Below, piece after piece: positions 1 through 15,000 of a DNA stretch of 64,000 nucleotides. The stretch's first letter is position 1, and every line of letters starts with the position of its first letter. The notes beneath the pieces are model-generated. The model worked only from the letters and a program-made list of their open reading frames with translations. It did not search any database and was not told where the DNA came from. This DNA is from an uncultured bacterium. Lineage in GTDB: Bacteria; Verrucomicrobiota; Kiritimatiellia; RFP12; UBA1067. Where the stretch lies: NCBI GenBank assembly GCA_902799385.1, contig CADCAK010000004.1, positions 7,448 to 71,447 of the forward strand. The letters run 5' to 3'. Position numbers and translations under genes: made by a program.

Positions 1-3000
1 GACATCCCGACGCTCGGCAGCTTCGTCGTCAACGGCGTGGAGCTCGGCCAGGACACGAACGACTACGTCGAGGTCAGCATAAGGAACGGCAGGGACACCG
101 CCTCCGTCACGGCGCGCGAGCTCGACGGCACGCCCTATTCGCGCTACAGGATCCATGCCGAGGTCACGACCCCGCAGAGGACCGAGAACGACCTTGACTT
201 CCTGCCCGGCACGTTCGACTTCTCCGTGTTCAACATCGACCCGAGGCTCAAGAGGCTCAAGGCCAGCGTCGGCATGGGCTACAACTCTGCGATCGACGAG
301 GCGAGGACGAACACGGTCCAGGTCTCGCAGAACCAGGAGATTACGATCGAGTGGGAGGTCCAGGACTACATCCGCATGGACGAGACGAACAAGCTCGAAG
401 TGACGTGGAGCTCGTCCGAGCCGGGGACCACCGTCACGACGAACACGACGTCGGGCACCTACGTCACCAGGTTCTCGCAGCCCGGCCAGAAGACGATAAT
501 CCTCACGATCCAGGACAAGGACGGCGGCACCAAGACGTACGAGTGGTACTTCTTCGTCGAGGCGTCGAAGAGGCTGTTCCTCTACCCGCACAGGCCGAAC
601 AACAGCGCGCTGACGACAGGAATCGCCGACACCTACCTTCTCGCCGACGGCCTTGGCGTGGGTGCGGTTGAGGCGTCCGGCAAGGGCCTCAGCGAGATAA
701 GGAACTTCCGCCAGAGGTGGGACTACAGCGTGCAGACGCCTTCCGCGACCATCTACGCGCGCGGCCTCAAGGCGGGCGAGCGCGACAACAGGGTGATCGC
801 CAACGACCCGCGCGTTGGCTACCCGACGCAGAGCGGCGGGCTCACCAAGACCGCCTCGCAGGCGTACAGGACGACGGGCGTCTACACCAACTTCGACAGC
901 TTCGTATACGCCTTCATCAACAACGTGCAGGACGAGCAGGGCGGGTCGTTCACGGCCTCGATGATGAAGATCCAGCCGCAGCTCGGCGACAACTACGTCG
1001 AGCAGTCGGTGACACTGCCGCAGTACCAGGACAAGGCCGTGTCGTACCCCGACAGGTACATCGAGATCATCTACTCCCGCGAATGGCTCGTCGAGGACAA
1101 CCTCGGCGACATCAACGCCGACGGCGTGCCGGACTACTTCGCGAGGAAGAAGTGGAAGGGCGGCAAGCTGCTTGAGCTCGTGGGTGCCGACGACACGGCG
1201 ACGGCGCTGACCGGCGGCGAGACCTTCGGCACCGACCTCGTGAACCTCGCCTCGTCCAACCCCGACGAGGACTACCTGCCGGGCATCTACAACGGCGCGG
1301 CCAACAGCTACGCGCCGAGCGAGAAGAACCCGTTCACGACACGCACCGAGATTCGTGGCTTCGACCTCGGGCTCAACGCTCTGGAGATGTCGCCGCCGTC
1401 CGACCCGAGCTTCAGCGACGACGAGACGTTCGCCTGGAACCAGCATGTGGCGGAGAACAACCAGGCGCTCACCGACGCCGGCAAGGACGACACCGACCCC
1501 AACTGGCTCAATGCCGACGTCCTCAACCTCGTCACCTGGAGCCCCGAGCCGAGCGGCAAGTTCAATCGCATGGACCCGACGCTCGGAGACACCGACGGCG
1601 ACGGCTTCCCGGACGGATGGGAATACTACTTCTGGTACATGGCAAGGGTCTGGGTGCCGTCCTACACGTGGAGGCGCGCGCACCCCGACGACCTCGACAG
1701 CAACGGGAACAGGCTTTACGATCCCAACAAGACCTATTCCGGCCAGCCGCGCAACGGGCAGTTCAACGTGTTCGAGAGGTTCAACCTCGACGACATCATC
1801 AGGGGAACCGAGATAACGGTTGACGAGGTGCTGGCGCGCTTCAACCCGTGCGAACCCTACAACCCCGAGAGGTTCAACGGCGACAGGCTGCTCAGGAACG
1901 ACTTCGACGGCGACGGCCTCTCCGACCTCGAGGAGCTGCTCATCGGCACGAACCCGTGCCACTGGGACACCGACGGCGACCGCCTCTGCGACAGCTGGGA
2001 GGTCATGATGTGCCTCGACCCGCTCGTGAGCGCGAACGACACGATCTTCGGCAAGGTCGGCAACTCCGACGGCGACTTCATGGCGTACCACGCCGTCAGG
2101 TTCGACGTGTGCTGGATCGACCCCGCGACGGCTCCGGCGGAGGCGCTTAACGGTGCCGGCGAGGTGAAGAACTGCTACGCGCAGGGCCTCAGGTTGTACG
2201 GCGGTCTCCAGGGGCTCGCGGCCGGCGAAGACTACACGACGACGGTCGACGACGAGACCGGCATGACGAAGTACATCATGTTGCAGGACAAGGATGCCGT
2301 CCCCTGCTATAGCTTTACGCCGAAGTACAAGGGCGATGCGAACCTCGTGTACGGCCTCAGGGAGGACATCCCGGCGAATCCCCCGGCGGACTGGGTCTGG
2401 GGCTGGTACATGGTCGATCTCGTCCAGCAGGACAGCGTCGACCTCAAGGCGGGCATGGTGCTGTTCCCCGACCTCCAGTACGTCCTCGTCCACGACCAGG
2501 TGCACGACGCCTTCGGCTTCGACCCGAGGACGGGCTGGATGAACATATCCGGCTACGTCGCCGACCGCTGGAACCCCGCGCGCAACGGCAACGTGAGCCT
2601 CGGCGACGAGACGGGCGTCGCGGTCAACACGCGTCCGTACGCGAACTACGACGAGTACCTCGTCATGAGGTACCGCCTCGACTACGGCATCGACTACGCG
2701 CCCAACACGTCGGCCACCCCGCCGAACGGCGCGTCCGACGACGCCTTCGCGCCGAACAACGAGGGCATCTGGGACTTCGTGATGCGCAAGACGACGAACC
2801 CGAGCAAGCCCGCCTCGTCCGAAGGCGATGAAAACTCCACGACAAACGAGACCACCTCGATCTCGCAGCGCATCGCCGAAGTGTTGCGCGAGGCCGGCAA
2901 GCCGCCGGTGACCGCGCACGGCGCCGACACCGACGGCGACGGAGTGCCAGACGGCTGGGAACTCTACATGTACCGCAGCCCGAACGGCGCGCCCACGGCG

Positions 3001-6000
3001 GCTGACGAAGACGGCCTTGGCAACGGCGGCGCGCGCGACTTCGACGGCGACGCGCTCTCGTGGCAGGACGAGTACTCGGGCGTCGATTCGTGCTCGGTCT
3101 ACGGCGACTGCAAGTCGATAGCCGACAATAACCCCGGCACGAGGCAGGGGTGGTTCAACAAGTTCTTCCCGACCAACCCCGGCACTATGAAGCGCGTGGA
3201 CAACCTCCGCGTGAACAACTTCGCCGGCAGCGGCAACGCCGATGGCGCCGACACCGACCTCGACGGCGTCTCCGACGGCCTCGAGGGCGGCGCGTGGGGC
3301 GTGGTGTTCGCGAACGGCAGCGACCAGACCGGCGCCCGGCTCGGCTTCGTGTACGGCACGCTCGAGGACGACGGCCTCACGGTGTGCTTCAGGGGCGGCG
3401 GCATGAACCCCTGCTCGATTGACACCGACCTCGACGGACTGCCCGACGGCTGGGAGATGCAGCACGCGGGCGTGCCGGTCCAGATGCCCGACAGGACCGT
3501 AGTCGCCCCGCGCGGCGGCAACGTCGGCGACATCTCGCTCGACGACGCCACCTTCATCGCGGACCGTGTGTTCTCCGGGAGCAGCGCATCGAACAGCTGC
3601 GTGTACATCGCGGGCGGCATGGACGCCACCTGGAAGGGTGACGCGTCGTTCGACGACGCCGCAAGCAACAGCCTCTCGATGGACGACAGGCTCGGGACCA
3701 GGCGCGACGTCGACTTCGACCACGACGGACTCCAGAACTACCAGGAGTACCTGACGCAGGCGGTGAGGCACTTCCGCTACGACGACATCACAACGCCGCT
3801 CATGGGCCGCCAGATGCAGGAAGGCACCTACGACGAGACGGGCGCGGTGCAGGATCCGCACACCCAGAGCTTCGGCGACAACGCGGGCGACCACGACGGC
3901 ACGGGCACGGGCTACCCGGTCTTCGACCCGTCCGATCCGGGCACTTCCGCCGCCAACGCGGCCGAGGCGTGGAACGGCAGGAGCTTCGTCTACTACGTGA
4001 CGGTGACCACCGGCGTAAGGGAGATCGTGAAGGTCATCGACGCGGCGACCGGCGCGACCGACACGAACCGCATCTACTACACGGCCCGCAAGAAGATGTT
4101 CCTGCCCGGCGCGACGCTCGTACAGTCCCACGTGGACGCGGGCGGGACGATGCTGCAGTACGCATGGAACGAGGACGGCTGGAGGCAGGCTGGCTACTTC
4201 GCGCCGCCGCGCTGCCACTGGGACCGCGCGCTCGTCAGCGGCAAGCTCGCGAGCCCGCTGTACATGTTCCCGATAACGAGCGGCCAGATGGTCGGCGCGG
4301 GCTTCTCGGTCGCTGGCTACGCGACGACCGACCCGCGCATCGCCGACACCGACGGCGACGGCATGGACGACTTCTACGAAATGTACCACGGCCTCGACCC
4401 GATCCTCGGCACCACGCCCGAGACCGCGCCCCGCACGTCCTGGATTGACTCCAAGTCGGGCGACATCATCTCGGCGCAGTTCTACATGGTCGGCTATCCC
4501 CTCACCGACTCCAGGCCCACTTTCAACGCCTGGTACAACGAATGGATATACCCGACCTACTCCGGCGTCCTCGGGCGCTCGGGCTCCGCCCCCGGCGACC
4601 AGGTCGGCCACCAGATCATTGCCCCGCAGGCGTACGACCCGTTCCTCTATCCGTGGGCGATGGGCACTCCGCTCGCCGACGCCGACGGCGACGGCATGAG
4701 GAACGACGACGAGCGCCTGCTCGCCAACGTCGCCGACCCGGTCGCTCGCCACACCGACCCGACGCCGCTGTGGATGACCGAGCGCACGACGCCCGCCAGC
4801 TACGTGGCGCAGTACTACGTCGCGCCCACCGCGTTCGCTTCGATGCCGTGGGGAGTCACCGGCTCGTCCACGCCCATGGAGGGCCCCGCGCGCGAGAACC
4901 AGACCGACGCCACGAGGACCGTGTACTTCTCCGGGCAAGACATCAGCTACAACTTCAGCTTCGAGGAGAATGAGGGCTACGACACGGACGGCGACATGAC
5001 GTCCGACGCGAACGAGGTCATCACGACGGTTAGGCCGGCCTCCGACCCGCTCAAGTTCGGCGACCCCGCCCGCAACCAGGCGTTCTACCTGCCCGGCGAG
5101 GACGCCTACGCCATCTCCCGCGACCTCCAGTACAGGCCGACGGCGTCCGTCGACTTCCTCAAGCAGTTCACCGTCGAGTGCTGGGTGCTGCCCGAGAAGA
5201 CCGGCGCCGCGCAGACGATCGTCGACCGCGCCGTCGTCTACGAGGGCGACTCGATCAACACCGGCGCGTCCGCAATCCGCTCGAACTTCCGCATCGGCCT
5301 CGATGCGCAGGGCAAGGTGTACGGCATGTTCGACAACAACGACACGATCGAGTCGGGCCTCGACGCGCCGAGGAGCTGCCAGTACGTGAACGGCGGCCTC
5401 TTGGCCGTTGGCGAGTGGACGCATATCGCGCTTACGTTCGACGGCTCGAAGCTTACGATCTACGTGAACGGTCTCGTCAAGGACAGCGCGACGACCGACC
5501 TCGTGCCTGCCAACGGCATCGTGCAGGTTGCGCAGAACGTAGCTTCCGCAGACTCGTTCCCAGAGGGGGGCTACGGGCTCACGCCGAGCGCGCTTATCGT
5601 CGGCGCGAGGCCGAAGAAGCTTAGGAAGGAGGACGACTACCTGCCATACGCGCTCTTCCCGTACTACATCCGCGACGGGGAGCACAAGGAGTCGTTCGAC
5701 AACCTCCAGGAATACTTCCAGGGCTACGTGGACGAGCTGCGTGTCTGGGACGGCGCGAGGACGGGCGACCAGATAAGCGAGGCCCTCGGCAGGTCCATCG
5801 GCTTCGACGAGGCCTCCGAGAACCGCAACGCCGTGTTCGACTCGTGGAGCCGCGGCGGCACGCGCAACTCCAACGACGGCCAGCCCAACCTGCCTGCCGA
5901 GCTCGTGCTCAACTTCGACTTCGGCACGCTCCCGGGCGCGGTCGACCCCGCCGACGTCGCCAAGACGCCAGCCGGCTTCACGAAGAACGTCCTGACCGCC

Positions 6001-9000
6001 GCGATGAGCGATTACTCCACCAACCCCGACATCGACACGACGGGGCTCTACCCGAACATCCTCGAGCTCAAGGGCTCCGCAGGCGACGGCTCGGTCGAAG
6101 GCGACCTGCTCGTCGGCTGGTGGAGCGAGTGCCAGGTGAAATCCGAAGTTTACGACGACTACCACGTCGTGCCGTGGATTAAGAACACGGTGAGCCACCT
6201 GCCGCTGATGGACGGCGGCGCGGTCGACAGCTTCATCTACGCCGACCACGTCGGCGCGGTCTACACGCCGGCGACCGACCTCGGCGTCGACAAGCTCCTC
6301 TTCCCGAACTCGGCGATGCCGTATCCCGCGACGGTCTTCAACAACGACAGATACTATCGCGTTGCGCATGCAGCCATTCTCGCCGAGCAGCGTGGCGCCG
6401 CGTACGAGCCGCTTCTGAGGATGAGCCAGTTCCAGGTCAGGAACAACTTCGCGGGTACAGCCGACCTCGTGCCGATGGGCCGTGCCTACGCGAAGACCTG
6501 CCCGAAGCTGTGGGACGGCAGAGTGTCCGACCCGTGGGAGCAGACTGGCGACGACACGTCCGGCGACGGCATCCCCGACTGGTGGGAGGAATACGCCCGC
6601 AACAACTACGCGACGACCCTGCCGCCGGGCGAGCCGCTCAGCTGGGACACGCTCGTCGACTACCACGGCGCGATGATCCCCGCCGGCAAGGCGTACACGA
6701 TCGACATCAATAGCGGCATGCAGCCCGACGGCACCATCGACCCGGCCTATGCCGTCACCACCGACCTCGACGGCGACAACATCCCCGACTGGTGGGAGAA
6801 CCTGTTCGGCGTCGCCAAGTACGGTGCCGACGACGACACCGACGAGGACGGACTTTCGAACTACGCCGAGTACCTCGTCAGCTTCGGGCCTGCGCCGTAC
6901 GGCATGGCGAGGGGCTTCCCGTACCTCGACCCGTCGAAGCCGCGCACGTTCGTCGGCCAGCAAGTGACTGACTACTTCCTGCCTGGCCCGACCGAGGACA
7001 TCGTATCCGCCGACGGTTCGGTGACAAACGTCTTCGCCAACCAGTACCTCGGCGAGATCACGACCGACCACGACTTGATGGAGAACTGGTGGGAGAAGCT
7101 GTTCTCGAACGGCTACGCGAGCCCGCGCCAGTACGACCTCGACCGCGACGGCGATAGCGACGGCTGGTCCAACTGGGCCGAGGCGCGTACGTACATGTGG
7201 CGCGGCGGGTACCTTTCGGATCTCATCGACTCCTACTACTTCGCAGACGGCGAGGGCGGCACAGACAACCACATGAACGACTACCCGCGTCCCGCAATCG
7301 GGCTTAAGCTCGTGTATGCGGACGGGCAGCAGGACGCCTCCGGCGCGGGCTTCGTCGTCCGTACTGCGACTGCACGCGGCTCGCGCGTCGATGCGACGTT
7401 CAACGTGCGCAGCTCCGGCACAAGGGAGACGATGATCGGCAGCTACTACGGCGACGTGTCGATACGCGGCTTCCTGCATCCGGGATCCATCGTGCCCACG
7501 GGGGTGAACTTCCAGATGGCGCCGCTCGGCGGCAGCCGCAAGTACAGCTGGACTGTGGAGCTTTCGGACGACCAGAAGCTTGAGCATTCCGGCACGTTCG
7601 AGGAATACAGCGCGGACGTCCGCCTGTACGGTCAGCAGATAGTCGTCCTCGACGACACGAACCTAGCGTTCCGCAATTTTGCGAGGACCACCGGCGGCTC
7701 GACAGGGGCGAAGGGCGAAATCGTGCTGAACGTCGCCAACCTCACTGCGGCCGACAACACGGTGATCGGCTCCATCGACTATCGTACCGGCGCGTACGAG
7801 ATCGACCTCGCCAAGGCGACTGCGGCCGGCGTCGATCTCGACGACATGGTCTTCAAGGCCAGGTACTCGTACCAGTTTGGCGAGAAGTGGCCCAAGACGG
7901 TCTGGATAAGCGAGCCTTCCGACGGCTGGGTCCGCGAGGGCATCAACACGGTTGAGGCGTTCATCGACCTCGACGGCAATGGCGACTACACGGCGGGCGA
8001 GCCCTACGGCGTGGCCCGCAACGTGAACGTCGGCTGGCACAAGACCGGCCTCGCGGTCATCGAGCTGACCGAGACCTCGCCGGTCATCCCGCGCTACAAC
8101 GTGACGAACGGCTCTAGCGACCGCAACGTCGTGAACGGCGTGTCCGGCGGCGTCACCGCCGTCGGCGGTGGCGAGGGCGGTGGCGTGAGCGGCCTCACGG
8201 CAAAGATTGTCGTACGCCGCGTAGGCATCAACTCGCAGCGCAAGTTCGGCGTCAAGACGGTGCCGATGCGCACGCTCGTGTCGAAGCAGTGTGTCCTCGG
8301 CGACAGGGCGTACATAACCGAGGCCGACGTGCTCTCGGAGGACAAGTTCGACCTCGACTGGAAGTGGCTCCTCGGCGACGCCGCGAAGCTCGGCGTGGAG
8401 CAGTCCGACCTGACGTCGGCGGAGTACGAGATCGTCAACTCCATATCGCTTGCCGGCGGCGGTGTCTCGAACGTCACGCTCGCGACCTTCATCAACACGT
8501 TCGGTCGCCAGCGCACGAAGCCCGTGACGCGCGCGCCGCTCGCGGACGCTCCGGTCTACAGCGCCGCGCCGACGTTCTCGTGGTCGTCGGGCGACGACAC
8601 GATGACGGCGTTCAGGCTGCAGATGGCGTCTGTCGAAGGGAACGTGACGAACGTCGTCTACGACTCCGGTGTCAGGCCGATTCCCGCTCGCGGCAGCCTG
8701 AGCTCCGGAATCACCGCCCGCTCGTTCGAGGCCCCGATATACGCGGGCGCCCCGGTCTTCACGAACGGTGCGCCGGTCATCGCCACGGGCAGCAACTACC
8801 TCTGGCGCGTCACCGAGTACAACGCCAAGTTCAGCACCGACTCCGAGGACGCATGGAGCGCGTGGACGCAGTTCCAGTTTGACGTAGAGAACGAGAACGT
8901 CGTCCCGGGCATCCCGACCGGCTTCGGCAGGTGCGGCGCGGTGGTAAGGTACTTCGGCGTGAACACCAACGACATGACGGGAGTCGTCGTCGTCGAGGCG

Positions 9001-12000
9001 CACTCGTCCGCCGACTTCGCCGGTAAGCCGCTCGCCCAGGTCAGGGCGGACGTCTCGCAGCTCCGCGACGCCAACGACATCGCTACCGTCAACGCGGCGT
9101 TCGCCGGCATCGAGCCCGGCAGAGTCTACCTGATGGCGTACATCGACCGCAACAACAACGGTCGCCGCGACGCCAACGAGTCGTGGGGCTACGCCAACTA
9201 CGTCGGCACCAACAGCAAGGCGATATACTCGCCGTGCGGCGTCGAGGTGACCGACGAGTTCGAGAAGTGCCCGCAGATCGCGATCTTCATCGAGGACACC
9301 GACGTCAACCGCAACGAGATACCCGACATCCTCGAAGAGGACGCCACCAACGCCGGCGGATCGTCGGGCGATATCGACGGCGACGGCATCGCTGACGAGG
9401 ACGAGGATCTCTACGCAACCGATCCTGTCGTCTGGGACACCGACGGCGACTACATGCCCGACGGCTGGGAGGCGATCTTCGCGGAACTCGACCCGCTGTT
9501 CTTCGACGCCGAGGAAACAGTGGACGGCGACGTGATGGCGTTCGCGACGAACATCGCCACCATAGTCACAGTCCAGAACACGGCGAAAGGCTCCGAACCC
9601 GTCCAGTACATCCTCAAGGAAGGCGAGAAGGCTCCCGCAGTCGGCGACGACGCGAAGGGCCTGCCGCTCTACGCGTCGTACAAGTACCCGGTCGTGACCG
9701 ACGGCAAGGTTGAAATGTTCCTTGGGCGCGGTGCCGAGGCCGTCCTCGCGGCGGCCGACGGCACGACTAACCGCGTCGTCAAGGTCGCATTCGGCAAGGT
9801 TGCGCTCGTCCACGCCCAGGTCTACGCCGAGTACGGCTTCGACTCGAAGACGGCTGTTGCCGACTTGGATGCTGTCAATACCAAGCCGTTCACGGCGCTT
9901 GACAAGTACCTCGTCGCGCGCTATTTCGAGAATGTCTACGGCCTCGCGGACGAGGCGGTGATGAACTTCAACAAGACGCCTGGCTCGCAGTGGCAGGACT
10001 TCACCTTGAAGCCGCTTGACGCCGACAACGACAAGGACGGCATAGCCGACGGCTGGGAACTCTACGTGATGTTCGGCACTGAAGCCTTGCCGACGTCGAT
10101 TTCCGGCGCGAAGATCAGCCCGTGGAACTTCGACGACGCGAGGGCCGTTTCGCACTCTGGCGGCATAAGGAACATCGACGAGTACGACGGCGGCATCTCC
10201 CCGACCGATCCGTGGGTGGCCGATACCGACGAGGACGGCATATCCGACGCCGACGCCTTCAGGTTCCACATCAAGACCGCCGAGCTGCAGCTCGCCGACG
10301 AGGACAACGACGGCCTCAGCAACTGGGCCGAGTACCTCGCCTACAGGCTCACCGGCAAGGACTTCAGGGTCGATGACCCCGACTCGGTGGTCACCAACCG
10401 CCTCGACTACTTCTATCAGGTTACGCAGGATGGTGTGACGAAGTACGTCGGCGAGTGCATCGACGTTGACGGCAAGGGCCTCATCGCCGACCACGACTTC
10501 ATGGAAGACGACGTCGAGGACGCTGCGGGCTACAACCGCTATGTCTATGACGCAAACCTCGACGCGAACGGCAACGGCTGGGACAACTGGTCCGAGGTCC
10601 GCGCCAGCTATAACGAGGCGACGTGGGTTGTCACTGGCGAGGAAACCAATACGTACACGAGAACGTTCAACTCGTTCACTCCAGAGGCCGCTGCTCAGTG
10701 GCAGATGTGGGTTGACACATACTGGTCGCCAAGAATGGCATACCATACTGCATGGCTCGTTTCTGCCCGCTATTATGACGCAAGCGGTGTAGGCAAGGAT
10801 TTGCCGAACGTTGTTTACGAGCCTGGTGACATAAGTGAATCTGTTTCCTGCGAGATTACCTGGTACGAACTCGAGGAGTCGAAGGCTTACGGCGGCAAGC
10901 CGTTGCCGAACGTCAGCGTACGCATCGGCGGCGTTGCCGACGATACGACAAATGTGACGATCAGAGCGTACACAGACAAGAACCTCCGCAGGCCCGACGC
11001 CGTGTTCTCGGTGTCCGGCAGGACCGTGGACGGCGTGTTCACCGCGAAGTTCCGCGGCAACGGCCTGAAGCAGGGAGCGAATGCGTTCGTCGCGTCGGCC
11101 GACGGCAGGACGGGCTTCGTCCGCGGCGTCGCCGTTGGCTTCGACGGCGTGGACTTCGAGATCGCGCTCCGCGACAACGCCATTGCGTTCGACGTCCCAG
11201 AGCAATCCGACGCTTCCACGCGAGTCCGCGTCGTGCGTACCGAGATCAACGACACGGCGGTCGAGCCGCGCGTGGTCTATGCGAAGTCGCTTGACCTTCG
11301 CGCCGGAAAGTCGTTCAGCGAGGCCGACCTTATCGCCGAGGGCGAGTGGGACTTCGACTGGACGAGGCTTGTCGCAGAGGCCGAGGAGCTCGCCGGCGTC
11401 GTGGCCGACGACCTCCGCTCGGCGACCTACGCCGTATACCTCGGCTGGGGCGACGCCGAGCCGATATACACGTTCAAGCGCGAGTTCTCGGCGTCCTTCC
11501 TCGCGCCCGCCGCGAGCGGCGAGTGCGCCGACAACGGCTACGTGGTCGCCTCGGCGCGTCCCGCGCTCACATGGCAGCCGTCCGCCGGATACGGCGCGTT
11601 CGCGCTCCAGATCGCGACCGACGCGGACTTCGCCGACGTCGTGTATGCGACGACCAACTTCATGCCCGTCGTCGGCAGGGACGGATGCACGTTCAGGCCC
11701 GCCGTCTACGTGGGCGAGACCCTTGCCGACGCCACTACGTACTTCTGGCGCGTCGCGCAACTGAACGCGAAGTTCACGACCAACGCGTGGAGCGAGACGG
11801 CGACGTTTGAGACGAGGGTTGACGCGGGCAACGCCGACACCGGCTACGGCAGGCTCGCCGCAGACGTCAGGTACTTCGGCCCGGCGACGGCGGCGCTCTC
11901 CGACGTGGTCGTCGGGGCTTACGCCTCCGCCGACTTCGCGTCCGAGCCCGTCGCGCGCATCCGCCTCGCCGGCGATGGCGACGTCTCGTCGCTCACTAAC

Positions 12001-15000
12001 GACCTCTCCGAGGCGTTTGAAGTCGTTTCCACTAACGCCATGCTCGACGGCATCGCGCCCGGCAAGTACTACCTGATGGCGTTCGTCGACTCCAACACGA
12101 ACGGAGTGCGCGACGCGTACGAGACCTGGGGCTACGCCTGCAAGGTCGCGTCGGAAGAGTACGAGGACGCGAAGGACCGCTGGACGCCCGTCGCGCTCGA
12201 GGTGACGTCCGCCAAGACGTATGTCCCGTGCGCAATCGTGGTGATGGAAGACACCGACGTCAACCAGAACTGGAAGCCCGACTGCACCGAGGACATGTCC
12301 GGCTGGATTCCCGCCTTCGATGTCAGGCCTGACGAGCCTTCGGACGGCATCGACACCGACGGCGACGGCCTCACCGACGCCGAAGAGGACGACTACGGCA
12401 CCGATCCGAGGAATCCCGACACCGACGACGACGGAATGCCCGACGGCTGGGAAGTCAGGCAGGGCCTCGACCCGCTCCGCAACGACGCTTCGTTTGCCAG
12501 CATCGACGATGTGATGGCGTACAGGCTCGACACCGTGAAGATTATGGTGACGACGAACGCGGACGGTGCGGTCACGAACAGGTTCGCGGTGAACTCGCGC
12601 TTCGAGGAGGGTTACGAGCAGCTCAGCAACACGGTGTACACTGTGTTCGAGGTCGAGGGGCAGCTGTTTGTGGGTGCGCCGACGAACCTCGCGGCGGCTA
12701 CGGTCGGCTACGCATACGGGTTCGAGACAAACGTCGTGGTGATGCACTCCGCAGTGTACGACTTCTACGGGTACGATCCGACTACGGCGAAGCCAGGCAC
12801 GGCGTCCGTGGACGAGGAGGGTAATGCGACCACCGTCCAGGGCGCGAACACGATTCCGTTCAGCGCCTACCTCAAGTACGTGACGCAGGAGTTCTACCTC
12901 AGGGAGTTCGACGGCGGCGCGGCGACGAACGACTTCGCGCTCTCCGTCAGTAAGCTTGACTCGAACGCGAACTACCTGCCCGACGGGTACGAGCTGTACG
13001 TGAGGTACGCGGCGTGGAAGATGGACGGCGTCGCGTTCGACCTCGCCTCTGCGGCGCAGGCGGCGTTCGACCCGTACGACGGGCTGTACTTCTGGAGGAA
13101 GGCGATGCTTGACGAGACGCTGCCGGCGCTGGTGGAGGCGTACTCGAACGACTTCGCGGTGGCGAACGGGCTCGCGAACGCGACGGCGGAGGAGCAGGCC
13201 GCGTTCTGGTCGTGGGCCGCAGACGGCGACGTGATGGCGTACAGGCTCGACACCGTGAAGATCATGGCGTCGACGAACGCGGACGGCACGGTGACGAACA
13301 GGTTCGCGGTGAACTCGCGCTTCGAGGAGGGTTACGAGCAGATCAGCAACACGGTGTACACTGTGTTCGAGGTCGAGGGGCAGCTTTTCGTGGGTGCGCC
13401 GACGAACCTCGCGGCGGCTACGGTCGGCTACGCGTACGCGTTCGAGACGAACGTGGTGGTGATGCACTCTGCGGTGTACGACTTCTACGGGTACGACCCG
13501 ACTACGGCGAAGCCAGGCACGGCAGGCGTGGACGAGGAGGGCAACGCTACGACGGTGCAGGGCGCGGACACGGTTCCGTTCACGCGACTCATGAAGAGGA
13601 TCGCGTCTAGGTACCTCGCGGAGGTCGACCCCTCGAACGCGGCGGAGTTCGACTTCACCGTGGACAAGCTTGACTCGAACGCGAACTACCTGCCCGACGG
13701 GTACGAGCTGTACGTGAGGTACGCGGCGTGGAAGATGGACGGCGTCGCGTTCGACCTCGCCTCTGAGGATCCCGCGACGGGCGGCGCTCTCGCTCCGTTC
13801 TCCAACATGGAGGCGCTGACCAACGGCTGGCTTGACGCAGGCTGGGACTGGAACAGGGCCATGCCCGGCGACTACATGGCATACGCCGAGGTACTAGCGC
13901 AGGTCGCGGTGTCGAACGACACGGTCTACGCGTTGAAGACATTCACGAACGAGTTTGGCAGGGTGGTCGCGACGAACCTCTACGAGACGTTCACGCTCAC
14001 GAACGGCACGATTGTCGTCGGCAGGCCGAACACCAACGCCGCAGTCGTCGTCGACGAGTTCTACGCAACGCTTACGAACGTGGTGCTGATCCACTCCGCC
14101 GTCTACGACTGGTTCGGCTTCGATCCGACCACCGCGCTGCCCCCGACGGAGCAGGCGACCGTCCAGACGGACGAGAATGGCCAGGCAACCGAGGGCACGA
14201 CCCTTGTCAACGGCGCGAACACCGTTCCGTTCACGGCTGCTTGGAAGGAAGTGACGGAGAAGCTCTATCTCAAGGAGCTCTTCGGAATCGACTGGGCGAT
14301 GAACGCCTGCGCCGTGGACTCGAACGCCAACGGCCTGCCCGACGGCTGGGAGCTCTACGTCGCGTTCGCGACGAGGACGGTTGACGGCAACCTCAACGAT
14401 CCGTTCGCCTTCCCGATGGCGGGCGCCGCGCTCGCGACGGCGGTCGCCGAGTTCGACGAGGGCCTCTACCCCGCCGACCCGTGGAACAGCCACTTCTTCT
14501 ACGAGCACCTCGCCGACACCAACGACGTCGTGCGCTACACGAACGTCGAGGCGCGCAAGTACGGCATCGTTGACGGCGACTTCGTGAAGGACGAGGACTT
14601 CGACGGGCTCTCCAACTACATGGAGTTCCTCGCCTCGAAGCTGACCCCGGCCGTGGACGTTGACTTCAAGAACCCCGTCACCGACGGTGAGACGCCCGAC
14701 TACTTCCGCGTCGGCGGCGACTCCTACCTCGGCCTCGCCCTCAACGGCGGCGAGTTCATCGAGTCCGCCGCGCGCGAGGCGTTCGGCGTGACCGCCTACG
14801 ACATGGCCGGCACGCGCGTCATGGACGACAGCGGCTGGGACCTCTGGAGCGAAATCCGCGCCTATCTCGCCGACTCCGGCAACTCCCTCTACGGGCAGAC
14901 GGTCTCCGAGGACGGCGTGACGAACGCGACGTCCGCGCTTGCGTCGCTTGAGTTCGTCAAGCCCGTGCCGGCGATCGAGCTCACGCTCAGGTACTTCGGC

